From contig NC_068983.1 of the NCBI RefSeq assembly GCF_001194135.2, positions 11,301,905 through 11,338,461 of the forward strand: a DNA stretch of 36,557 bases, read 5' to 3'. The notes under the pieces were generated by a model. The model had not been told where the DNA came from and ran no database searches. It worked only from the letters and a program-made list of their open reading frames with translations. Within the stretch, counting starts at the first letter, position 1. Each line of letters begins with the position of its first letter. Position numbers and translations under genes: made by a program. This document shows positions 23,999 through 35,493 of the stretch, one piece after another. This stretch comes from Octopus bimaculoides. Its lineage: Eukaryota.

Positions 23999-26900
23999 CT
24001 GAAAGGGGGGAAAAAAGTAAGAGTGATTCAGGTTTATCAGAAATATATAAATTTTACATTTAACCCTTTCAATACCAACCCACTTAAGACTGGCCTTGGT
24101 TGTATAATACAAACCTTCCATCAAAATTCCATATTAACTTACGTTCCAAACCCCAGTTAAATAATGAGTTATTTTACTAAATTAATTACAGCAAAGTCAG
24201 AGTATTTTAACAGAAATATGGTAACAAAATGGTTAATTTATTATATTAACAATTTTATACCAAACTATATATATTCTGTTACGGCAATAGCTAAGGTTAT
24301 TGTTAGAGTAGAAATCTATCATATTCTAACATAGTGTATCGTATTGTTTATTAGCAACAACAAGTAGCTTGATAGATTTGATTCTATTAAGCAATGAGCA
24401 TTTCTAACACTATCTCCCATGTTATTGAAATTCCATCCCACCTTTTTTTTTCTTCATTTAGCTGTATCTATTACAAGTACAAAATATCTTTAAAATAAAT
24501 CTCACTTCATAAAGATTTTTCATAAAATACATTTTAAAAAGACAGCTTACTTTACATTCGTTTTTAAAATCTAAATCAGCAATTGCCTTTACTGTTTTCC
24601 ACCACATAGTCACTAAGGAGTCTTAGCTTCATCATAACTTACATAAAGACAATTGAGAAGCAGCAGGATTAAGATTTTAAACTATTGGCCTCAGATCAGG
24701 AGTTCAAATTTGTAATACTCAAAATTATTCACATTTTTTCCCCTGCCTAGCTTGAAAGTAAGTATCCCCCACCAAAAATGTGTAACAAAAGGCCAAGAGA
24801 TGATGGATTCTGAGCAATCCAAAATCTTTTCCCACTCAATTATTTACATTTTTGTTGCTTTAAATGGAGCATATATTATTACTCTTTTACTTGTTTCAGT
24901 CATTTGACTGTGGCCATGCTGGAGCACTGCCTTTATAGTCGAGCAAATCGAACCCAGGACTTATTCTGTCGGTCTGTTTTGCCGAACTGCTAAGTTACGG
25001 GGACGTAAACACACCAGCATTGGTTGTCAAGCGATGTTGGGGGAAGAAACAGACACATACATATATACGACGGGCTTCTTTCAGTTTCCGTCTACCAAAT
25101 CCACTCACAAGGCTTTGGTCGGCCCGAGGCTATAGTAGAAGCCACTTGCCCAAGGTGCCAATCAGTGGGACTGAACCCGGAACCACGTGGTCCGTAAGCA
25201 AGCTACTTACCACACAGCCATCCCTACGCTTATATATTATTGTAAATAATATATAATTATAGTTATTAAAAAGGACCCATGTGTGTCGCTCTTCTCCATA
25301 ATTTACAGCCTTTGGATTTGTTTACAAATTTATAAATATATATACTAGACTAAAATCATCCATACATTAAAATTGGCTGAAATTGATGGGTGGGCTATGT
25401 GGGTGAATACAGAGACACAGAAGCATTTATAATAGAATATATAAGGAGTTTGTGTCAACTGATGTAATAGGTGTGTACTATGAATGCTCAGGTTTACCAC
25501 TGAAACTCAATCTTGAACTGCAACTGAAAAATGTTAATTAGAGGTAGCTAGAAGTGGTTTTTACCTTGAGCAGGCAGATATAGATTCAAGTAAAAATGAA
25601 AAAGCAAAACGTTTGGCATCACTTGAGAAGGACGTTTAATTTAGATAGAAAATACATATTTGTTTATTGCACCCAGTTACATTATAATGATTATATCATG
25701 CAATTTTAGTTTTAAAGCTAATTTGAATAAATCTATCTGTCCAACTCACAGTTTTTCTAAATATTACATATGCTATACTATCAACAGTGAGTTACAGAGA
25801 CAATTGTTTTTCTCTTATACCATTTTTAAAATACTGTTAGAGAAACTTTTCTATTTTAAAGTAAATGGTAGACATTAATATTTTTTATGTCAATAATAGT
25901 AAAATGAAAGCAGAAGAAATTCACATAACTGAAAGAAGCCCGTCGTATATATGTATAAATATATGTGTGTGTCTGTGTTTGTCCCCCCAACATTGCTTGA
26001 CAACCGATGCTGGTGTGTTTAGGTCCCCGTTTACTTAGCGGTTCGGCAAAAGAGACCGATAGAATAAGTACTAGGCTTACAAAGAATAAGGCCTAGGGTC
26101 GATTTGATTCGACTAAAGGTGGTGCTCCAGCATGGCCGCAGTCAAATGACTGAAATGAGTAAAAAAGTATAAATAAATTTACAGCATATATATTAATATC
26201 TTAGTGTAAAAATGTTTTGAACTACAAACTCATAGCATCAATTTAGAACCTTTGTTATGTTTGAAGGGCCTGAGCTGTAAGAGAATAGCCATCAACATTG
26301 ATATTGAAACACTACTTGAGACAGACTGACATTTTCTAACTTACCTTAAGTTCATCAGCAGCAGCTAGATTATTAGATAACATACGTTCTTTCAGCGCTG
26401 AAATGGGGTCCCTTTTTTCTCTTACTTCTTGAATTTCTTCCCTCGTACGGTAACTATAATACACAGAAAATAGCATCTTAGTTGTAGAAAATGTTATCAG
26501 CATGAAAATTTGTTAACAAAATAATAATAATCATCATTTAACATCTACTTTTCTATACATACATGAGGCAGAATTTTTGACAGCTGAATGCCTTTCCTCT
26601 TGCTAACCCTCACCTGTTTCCAAGTCAGCTAATATTTCCCATGGCCAGACATTTCCTTGGAACAATGGCCATCATATGAGGATTAGAGAAGAGTACACAC
26701 AAACACACCAAATCCACTCAAGTCTTTTGTTGGCCTGGAACTATAATAGAAGACACTGAAGGCATTGTACAGTGAAGCTGACCACAAGACCACATGGTTG
26801 GGAAATAAGCTTCCTAACCACACATATAATAATAATCCTTTCTACTATAGGCACAAGGCCTGAAATTTGGGGGTGAAAGGTGCTAGTTGATTACAGTGAT

Positions 26901-29900
26901 CCTAGTGATCAACCTGCTACTATTTCTTCAACCCCAAAAGGATGAAAGGCAAAGCTGGCCTTGATAGAATTTGAACACAGTACATAAAAATGGATAAAAT
27001 GCCACTAAGCATTTTGTCCAGCATTCTAATGATTCCACCAGCTCACCACCTTAGTATAATAATAATAATTTCATCAGTAGAACCATATTTTATTATCTTC
27101 CACTGACATTACTGAAAATATCATCATCATCATCATCATTTAACGTCTGCCTTCCATGCTAGCATGGGTTGGACGATCTGACTGAGGACTGGTGGAGCCC
27201 GAACGCTACACCAGGCTCCAATCTGATTTGGCAGAGTTTCTACAGCTGGATGCCCTTCCTAACGCCAGCCACTCAAAGTGTAGTGGGTGCTTTAACGTGC
27301 TTTAACGTGCCACCCGCACGAAGGCCAGTCAGGCAATACTGGCAACGGCCACGCTCAAAATGGTGTATTTTATGTGCCACCCGCAAAAGAGCCAGTCCAG
27401 GGGCACTGGCAACGATCTCGCTCGAAAATCCTTACACATGTCACGGGCACAAGTGCCAGAAAGGCGACGCTGGGCACAGGTGCCATCCCGACTTTGCTTT
27501 CGCTTGCCCCAACAGGTCTTCGCAAGCTGAGTTTCGTGTCCAATGAAGGAGACGATGTTAGCATGGGTGCCAGTCTTGTATTATTTAAATAGCAATAAAT
27601 GAATATTAGATTAAATGACTTGCAAACATTTAGTTAGGACTCTTTACATTCAGAATCAAAAATCACATCAGAGTGGACAATTTGGCTCTAATTCTTCTGG
27701 ACTCAATAAAACAACTATGATAATTCTCTCCAAGTGTATGGTGATCACATGATACAGAATGAACAGCTAAAATGTTTGCTTTCAGCCATGATGTTCTGGA
27801 CTCAATCCCACTGTGCTACACCTTATGAAAGCCTCTTTTTGTCATATCCTCGAATTTAACTTAAGCCTTGGTGCGTGAAATCAAATAGACAGAAACTGTG
27901 TAGCAACTCATTGGATAAACTGTGGCTGTAATTCAAAGACCCAGTATTGTTACATAGTGCTTTTATCTAAGAATTACATTAAGATAATGGAATGCCTCTG
28001 TAGAATACTTAATTTAGTGCATAAGTAGTTCACTTGATCAAACAACTGAGATATCATTGGTAAAAATCAACAAAAGGCCCATTTATCTATTCCTTGGTAT
28101 TAGTAGTATATTAGTACTTGAGATTGCTCCAATCTGGCCAGCCCCAAGGAAAAACTAAGCTAAGAGCATCAGATTCCTTAGAAGAAAGCAGCGAATGTAT
28201 ACAAAAACAAGGACAGAAAAAAATGAACAATGTTACACAAATACAATAAAAATAATAACAGGACATAACAACAGGTGTCTTTCGACTAAGGACGAATAAA
28301 ATTAAGCTAGCGTGTGTGGAAGTAAAGCCTTTCTACTTCTGTTTGTCTGTCTCTATCTGTAATAACATCTCTCTCTCTCTCTCTCTCTCCATTCATTGCA
28401 GCATGTTCCATTATCACTTTCTCTGTTTTTAATCCTGTTTCACACTCAGTCCCCTCAGCCACTCCTAATATTCCCCCTCATTCTCCTTATTTTTTATGGT
28501 TTCTAAATACATATTACATTCATATCCTCACATACACGCACACACCTCACCACAAACACCCACTTTTATACAAGTGATTTTCAAAATTTCTTCCAAATAA
28601 TGAAAATGTTAATTGCAAAAAAATTATTACTAGGACAAAATGAAAGAGAAAAAAAAAAACACAATCCAACCTTGTTCCCGGGTCACTCATACTGTGACCA
28701 TGGTAACGGTAAGTAACACACTCTAAGAGGATAGGACCTTGTTTAAGAGCATAGCGTCGGGAAAATCTTGTGGCTTCTCTAACTGCTAAGACATCCATAC
28801 CATCAACCTGTAACAAATGAAATCATTGTAGCTTAATTCATATTTATATATGCATATAATTTACATGAATATGTGTTTTTATGTGCATGTATACCTCAGT
28901 GTGTGCATGCACATGCAAATGAATACAAAAAATATAACAGAAAAACAGGCAATATTAAATGAATAATTATGAGTGGCATCACCATATCATTTTAGACTAG
29001 GTCTTTTTTTTTAACTGAAGTTAAATGTGACAGCAAAAAATTTTTTTATTGTCACATTATTAAAAGATACTGCAAATGAGAAGTGCCAACCATCTCAACT
29101 AATTTAAGTGAATTGATAAATATATATATATATATATACTAGCTGACCAAGAGCCATCAATAATGATAGCCAATTGTAGTATTTGTATATAAATAAGGTA
29201 CATAATATTTAACACAAACCTTCACATACTTCCCCATATTATTTCCCCATAACTAGACATGTTTTCACAGAAGATTTGGAATGAAAGACAATGCTTGCAT
29301 GACAGTGATATTCATTAAAAACTAACATGCAATGTCACACAAGGAACTGCAACAAATACACACAAACACACATTTATACAACAAGCTTCTTTCAGTTTCT
29401 ATCTACCAAATCCATTCACAAGGCTTTGGTCAATGTCAAAGGTGCCATACAATGGGACTGAACCTAGAATCATGTGCTTGGGAAGCAAACTGCTTACTGT
29501 ACATCTATGCCTGCACCTATCAAATGAAAACATAAATGGTTGTCTCCATCTCTGCACACTTGTTAACATTTGAATATCTTATATATTACTAATTAACATT
29601 ATAGCCACAAAATTCTGAAAAAAATTGTATTGCGCAGGAGTGGCTGTGTGGTAAGTAGCTTGCTTACGAACAACATGGTTGCGGGTTCAGTTCCACTGAC
29701 TGAACCATAATTACAATAATTTGTTTTTAAATTTCAGATAAGAATAGAATGCATATAAATATACAAAATGTTACCAAATTTTTACTCACCCAAATGCCAG
29801 GGACATAATCTCCTCGAGTGTAGTAATCAGTTGAGGCAGCTGCTCGATCAACACTTGTACCCATTCCGTATCCATTGTTCTCACACACGAAAATTATAGG

Positions 29901-32562
29901 AATATTCCACAACTTAGCCAGGTTATAGGCCTCAAACAATTGCCCTTGGTTGGCAGCACCATCTCCATACAGAGCTACAACAATATTAGGTTTCTTCTGG
30001 TACTTCAGGGCAAAACCAATGCCAGCTCCTAATGGCACCTAGAGAAACAGAGTGGAATGATGGTCAGAGACTAAATGGTAGAAAACAAGAGCAAGGAAGA
30101 AAAGTGTAGAAGGTAAAGAAAAAAAGAGCATACATGAGAGAGAAATGGTATGGAATAGCAATAATGGTGATTTCTGATTTAGGCAGAGAGGCACAGATGG
30201 TAGTTAAGCAGTACAATCAATAAGGCCACAAATGGTAGGAAAATCCTACCATTTGTGTACCAAATAGTAAAATCAAGAGGACAGATAAATACTAAAGCAT
30301 AACTGGGACTTGCACAGACAAATAGTTAAGAAGTTTGTTTTGCAATCACAAGGTCCTGGGTTCAATCGCACAGTGTGATATCTCGAACAAATGCCTTTTA
30401 CTGAGGACAAGGTAAGGTTTTCAGTGGAAGTGAATTGGCAGAAACTATGGAAACCTATCAAATGGATTGCACCAGTAAATTAAAAGTCCAGCAATCCCAA
30501 TACATTGTTTACAATGAAAAGATTTAATTCTACAACTCCAATAAAATAATACTCAGTAGCCAGCCCAGTTTAAAAAATATGTCGCTTCATGTATTGATTT
30601 CTTAACTCATTCAACAATAGAGCTTATAATTTCAAACCATAATTTTGCCTCCAGTAAAATCAATTAAAAATAAAGTTTGAATTCTCTTCATTTATACATG
30701 TTATTTTTTATTTACCCCTTTTACTTTTAACGAATTAACAAGAAATCTATATTTGTTCATTAAAATCAATCAGTAAACATTGATTTCCAGCCAACTGTGA
30801 CAGAGGTTTATTGTGAAAGATTAGGATGTAGTATGACTATATTCAATTATACTCAAGAAGAATTTGCAAGCATAAAGACAAGAAATACTTTAACGTCCGC
30901 TTTCCATGCTAGCATGGGTTGGACGATTTGACTGAGGACTGGCGAGCCAGATGGCTGCACCAGGCTCCAATCTGATCTGGCAAAGTTTCTACAGCTGGAT
31001 GCCCTTCCCAACGCCAGATAAATAAGCATCACATTTCACAGAATAATCTGAATGCTAAAGGGTCAGGCTTTCCTGTTGGATTCCCAAATATGATCAACTG
31101 AAACTGTAGAAATTATTCAACCATCCTCATTCTTGATCTACCCCAATGTCCTCTGCTTTAGCCATTAAAAAAAATGTTTTCTTTTTTTACTATAGGCCAT
31201 CTTGCTTTAGTTTACCAGACTAAACATAAAACAGTTGAGTGGTAATCAATAGGGAAGTCATCCTGCTGCAAAACCTGTTCTAACTAAACAAAAATCATCC
31301 AAGTTACACAAGGGACCATAAAAGAAGAAAATATTTACCTGAGCTCCTACAATGCCATTTCCACCATAGAAATTATGATTGTACATGTGCATTGAACCAC
31401 CTTTGCCTTGAGCACAACCCGTTTTGCGTCCTGCATTACAATAAAAGATCACAGTGAGAATTAAGACAACCACAGTATTATGAAAGATCAACAATCCTCA
31501 AATGTGCGCACACTCCATGAAAAAAATGTGTATATTTGAGCCACAAAATGTGTGTTGATGAGTTGAAATATGTACACTTGAATCAATGTGCACACCTAGA
31601 GATATGAAATCTTTGCACACTCAAGACAAAATGTATGCATTTGTGTCATGAAATGTATCCACTTGAGTTATGAAATGTGTGCACTTAAGTTATGAAATGT
31701 GTGCACTTGAGTCTTGAATGTACTCAAGTCACAAAATATGTCCACACTTGAGTCTTAAGAGATTTATATCTTTGAGTGGGACCAAGTTTCTGGATAACTG
31801 GATGTTTTGATGTGTTGCTGCATTCAGCTGTAACCCATGAGAAGTAGTTTATCCCTTCCCCTCCAAAGATCAGAGGTGCTGTCCTTTCTCCTCCTCTAAT
31901 AAAGCTATAACATGTTTTTAAAATGTACACCCTTAAGTTACAAAGCTGAGTAAGAAAGAAACATAGTTGAAATTTAAATATCACACATAAATAACAAGGT
32001 GTCAATATGTTGCAAGTCTATTAACCTCAGTGGGTTGTAGTAGCACCATTAAAAACTCTGTCTTCATGTAGTGCTGTTTTAATGCATATGTATATGTTTG
32101 AGGGGTGAGAAGGTGCATCTTGACAGAGACCATCTCTCTCTACCCACATAAAAATCTGAAGTCAGTTGTGCAAGGCGCAGGAGTGGCTGTGTGGTAAGTA
32201 GCTTGCTTACCAACCACATAGTTCCTTACAATTGTTGGCTTTGTGTCAAAATTTGAAACCATTATCGTTGCAGAATTAGTTCCATAGCTTAATCTCCTAG
32301 ATATTTCAAAAGTAGAGAGTGAAAGAGACACTTTCCATGACAGACAAACAATTTCATGGCAGAACTTTTTAAATCATTAAAAATAGGAAATAAAAGGGAA
32401 TCAAACCTGTGAGTTCTGACAGCACTCCCACCAAAGAGACTCCCCTCATATAGGTCCAACCATGAGCTCGATAGGCTGTAATAACTGGGTCGTCCCTCTC
32501 GATAGCACTTTCCATCCCAACACAGCAAGCTTCCTGAAATATTGAGAGTTACAGTTCGTATG

Positions 32563-32644
<82 letters not shown>

Positions 32645-34505
32645 GTAATTCAAAAAATTATTTCACAACATGACTAAATATATATGTAAATGTATTTCTA
32701 CATTTGAGACACACTATCTTTCATGTCAATGACGTTTTGGTTAAGATGAAACCATCCAACAGCAAAAGGCTGATTATAATCAACATTAATGATGACTAAT
32801 TTCATGGTTTAGTTCCCAGTTGAGAATCGGGTTTATTTCTTTCCTAAAATTTACTTATTTTCTTCAGACACAAAAAAAAAAAAGAAAAAAACGAGAAACA
32901 GCAATGTCATCCTGTTTAAAAAAAAAAGGGTGGAGTAGCAACTGAATACAGCAATGGGTATTCTAGGGTTATTTTACCTGATTGAATAAAGGTTAGGCTT
33001 GCAGTCCCCATGATAGCTTTTCCCATTAAGCCCCATCTTCTACACCTCTCCACACCAATGTCCTTGCCCTTCTTCTATCATCTTTAGCCACGTCTTCTTC
33101 TTTGCTTCCTTCCACATTAATTCCCATTACTCCTCAAACCCAGCTACTTTCATCCTTCCTCAGCCATCTCTTTTCCCAACATCTATCATTAACTCTATTC
33201 CCATAATTCTTTGCAATTTAATGTTGGCTATCTTCTCTTTTAGCAATAACCATCCCTATTCTTTCCAGTCGTTTCTACTGCTCTACATTCATAAATCACA
33301 ACACTTCTGACACATGCAGCATACTTCAGTTTCAACAACAATTCCTTTAGTTAGAATATTTCTCAGTTCCTGAAATTTCTTCCATGCATAGCTAGCTCAC
33401 TCTAGCCACTGTTGCCAAGTTTGATCCACCTTCTCCATTTAACATGTCTCCAAAGTAACAAAATATTTTCTCTCCATAACTACGAAGATCCAACTCAACA
33501 TTATCTTCATCTGCAGCTCCTCCATACACAACTTACACTTAAATCTAGCTTCCACATATCTTACTAACATTTTCACACCACTTGTTGTTGGCACTCCGTC
33601 GCTTACGATGTTGAGGGTTCCAGTTGATCCGATCAACGGAACAGCCTGCACGTGAAATTAACGTACAAACGACTGAGCACTCCACAAACTCGTGTACCCT
33701 TAACGTAGTTCTCGGGGATATTCAGCGTGACACAGTGTGATAAGGCTGACCCTTTGAATTACAGGCACAACAGAAACAGGAAGTAAGAGTGAGAGAAAGT
33801 TGTGGTGAAAGAGTACAGCAGGGTTCGCCACCATCCCCTGCCGGAGCCTCGTGGAGCTTTAGGTGTTTTCGCTCAATAAACACTCACAACGCCTGGTCTG
33901 GGAATCGAAACCGCGATCCTATGACCGCAAGTCCGCTGCCCTAACCACTGGGCCATTGCGCCTCCACTCACACCACTACATTTTCAACAAATCAACCTAA
34001 TGCATATTACACATTAAATGGAGTTTACTCCTACATGCTTCCTGTATACTGCCACTTCTCTTCTTTCCACCTCACCAGTCATTTCCATTCTACTTTTTAT
34101 ATAACAGGTTAAGAGTTGTTTCCTCTTCTTTCACTTCCTCTTACATAGAATTAATTCATTTATATACCCCGTGGAGGCATTACATAATTATTAACAACAA
34201 AGTTAATATAACACAAAAAAAAAGCATCAGAAAGTAACAGCCAAAATAAGTATTGCAGATAAACGCCACTGTATCACTTATTAACCTTTAGTGTTATTTG
34301 AATGTTTGACAATACACAACATGATGGTTACCTGTCCAGAGTACAAATGACAGAATCCACGAATAATTTTAGACTTGTAGAGGTTGCCAGCAGCTGTCTC
34401 CATTCGTCGGATAACCTGCATTTGTTTATAGTAAGTGAGGGCATCATCTCGAGTGAGAGTGGCTGTTGTTGACGGTCCGGATTCGAGTTTGTGGAGTTTG
34501 AATGG
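23834..34505 (-). CDS. PDHA1: Pyruvate dehydrogenase E1 alpha subunit, multi-exon, 5'-partial: complement(join(34332-34505,32407-32533,31339-31430,29790-30038,28671-28807,26345-26453,23834-23998))
   Basis: Spliced product contains [53 protein letters not shown], the TPP-binding [13 protein letters not shown] motif and [22 protein letters not shown]; all borders are GT-AG with consistent phases. Confidence 0.97.
24881..25231 (-). mobile_element. SINE family A, near full length, with 10-bp TSD
   Basis: A-box-like TGGCTGTGTGG and B-box-like GGTTCAGTCCC on the - strand; ATATATTATT duplicated at 24871-24880 and 25232-25241; short internal deletion between TTATTCT repeats. Confidence 0.9.
25927..26169 (+). 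mobile_element. SINE family A, 5'-truncated copy
   Basis: High similarity to the 3' half of the 6640-7089 copy. Confidence 0.88.
26345..26453 (-). CDS. PDHA1: PDHA1 exon ([37 protein letters not shown])
   Basis: TTATAG acceptor, GTAAGT donor, 109 bp, phase 2/0. Confidence 0.95.
26709..26824 (-). mobile_element. SINE family A, degenerate 5' part
   Basis: CCAAATCCACTCA...TATAATAGAAGACACT...CACATGGTTGGGAA. Confidence 0.6.
26835..27050 (-). mobile_element. SINE family D, degenerate
   Basis: ACCCCAAAAGGATGAAAGGCAAAG...AATTTGAAC...CTAAGCATTT matches 14646-14843. Confidence 0.7.
27121..27575 (-). mobile_element. Retroposon family B copy with a variant 5' segment
   Basis: (CAT)n tail on the left; colinear with 13275-13776 to about 27470, then a different segment before the shared GGGTGCCAGTC. 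Confidence 0.85.
28671..28807 (-). CDS. PDHA1: PDHA1 exon ([15 protein letters not shown]...[22 protein letters not shown])
   Basis: TTACAG acceptor, GTTGGA donor, 137 bp, phase 0/2. Confidence 0.96.
29381..29519 (-). mobile_element. SINE family A, degenerate 5' part
   Basis: GCTTCTTTCAGTTTCTATCTACCAAATCCATTCACAAGGCTTTGGTC...GGGACTGAACC. Confidence 0.7.
29632..29698 (+). mobile_element. SINE family A head-only fragment
   Basis: GCGCAGGAGTGGCTGTGTGGTAAGTAGCTTGCTTAC...GGGTTCAGTTCCACTG then ends. Confidence 0.8.
29790..30038 (-). CDS. PDHA1: PDHA1 exon with TPP-binding motif (VPLGAGIG...[10 protein letters not shown]...[10 protein letters not shown]...VPGIW)
   Basis: CTCTAG acceptor, GTGAGT donor, 249 bp, phase 0/0. 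Confidence 0.97.
30889..31016 (-). mobile_element. Family B 3' fragment
   Basis: TTTAACGTCCGCTTTCCATGCTAGCATGGGTTGGACGATTTGACTGAGG...GCCCTTCCCAACGCCA. Confidence 0.85.
31339..31430 (-). CDS. PDHA1: PDHA1 exon ([30 protein letters not shown])
   Basis: ATGCAG acceptor, GTAAAT donor, 92 bp, phase 1/0. Confidence 0.96.
31500..31757. repeat. Degenerate ~22-bp minisatellite
   Basis: Best units: TGAAATGTATCCACTTGAGTTA (31649-70), TGAAATGTGTGCACTTAAGTTA (31671-92), TGAAATGTGTGCACTTGAGTCT (31693-714). Confidence 0.75.
32174..32225 (+). mobile_element. SINE family A head-only fragment
   Basis: GGCGCAGGAGTGGCTGTGTGGTAAGTAGCTTGCTTACCAACCACATAGTTCC. Confidence 0.78.
32407..32533 (-). CDS. PDHA1: PDHA1 exon ([43 protein letters not shown])
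   Basis: TTTCAG acceptor, GTTTGA donor, 127 bp, phase 0/1. Confidence 0.95.
32567..32637. repeat. Long (TA)n microsatellite
   Basis: Direct read; lies close to the acceptor of PDHA1 exon 32407-32533. Confidence 0.95.
33040..34086 (-). mobile_element. Decayed RTE-like LINE RT relic, split by a younger SINE (33583-33967)
   Basis: Minus-strand pieces: [20 protein letters not shown]|[62 protein letters not shown]. Confidence 0.65.
33583..33967 (-). mobile_element. tRNA-derived SINE family C, full length, with 10-bp TSD
   Basis: A/B boxes on the - strand, (CAA)n tail, TCACACCACT duplicated at 33573-33582 and 33968-33977. Confidence 0.92.
34332..34505 (-). CDS. PDHA1: PDHA1 exon ([26 protein letters not shown]...[12 protein letters not shown])
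   Basis: TTACAG acceptor, GTAACC donor, 174 bp, phase 0/0. Confidence 0.95.
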
Positions 34506-35155
34506 CTGTAAAAAGAAATATGCATTTCTTGACAGTGTTCATATAGTAAAATTCATTTTATAGGTAGATTCTTTTTTAGAAAAGAAATATAAGACCAATG
34601 ACCAGCAATTCCAAACACTACTGTGCTTAAGTAAAATAGAATGCTTATGAGCTTCATATTTGGAGAGTTGGCATTAGGAAATATCATTCTAATCATGCAA
34701 ATATCTGAATTTTTAAACATCAATAAATGAGGAGAAAATGTAAAAAAATCATAAATTAGATGTGATGTGCAGAGAGTCAACTCTTACAAACACTGTACAC
34801 TATAGGATTATTCATGCTTATTTGCGATGGTATTTTATATTGCATTATGTAAACAACAGCACAATTGGCTGCAGGTTTCTAATGGGCAAATTTTAACTGA
34901 TTTGCAGTATTTATGATGGTAAAAACGACAAGGAGACATCCCCATGACTGAGGCAGAACAAATATCATAAAGAATTCTCATACAAAAAGTATTAGTCTTC
35001 TTAATGGAGTTTATATCTTTTACCAATATAAATAGAAACATATACCATATTTAATGGCATACAAGACATACTTTTCCCTCAAAACAATACCTCCAAAAAA
35101 TCCCCCCAGGTCCTATATGCCAAGTTGGGCCTTCCATAAGCTAATTTTGTTCCTG

Positions 35156-35445
35156 AATTCGAGCAAGGTCGTTGCCAGTGCCACTGGATTGGCCCCCGTG
35201 CAGGTAGCACGTAAAAAACACCTTTTTGAGCGAGGCCGTTGCCAGTACCGTGTGACTGGCCCTCATGCCGGTGGCACGTAAAGGCACCCACTACACTCTC
35301 GGAGTGGTTGGCGTTAGGAAGGGTATCTAGCTGTAGAAACTCTGCCAGATCAGACTGGAGCCTGGTGCAGCTTTCTGGCTTGCCAGTCCTCAGTCAAATC
35401 GTCCAACCCATGCTAGCATGGAAAGTGGACATTAAACGAATGACA
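35156..35445 (+). mobile_element. Family B, 5'-truncated
   Basis: Two to three tandem units plus the conserved 3' region. Confidence 0.87.
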
Positions 35446-35493
35446 ATGTTCATTTTCGTGAATATGTGCTGCTGATATTGGAGTGTATCTAAT

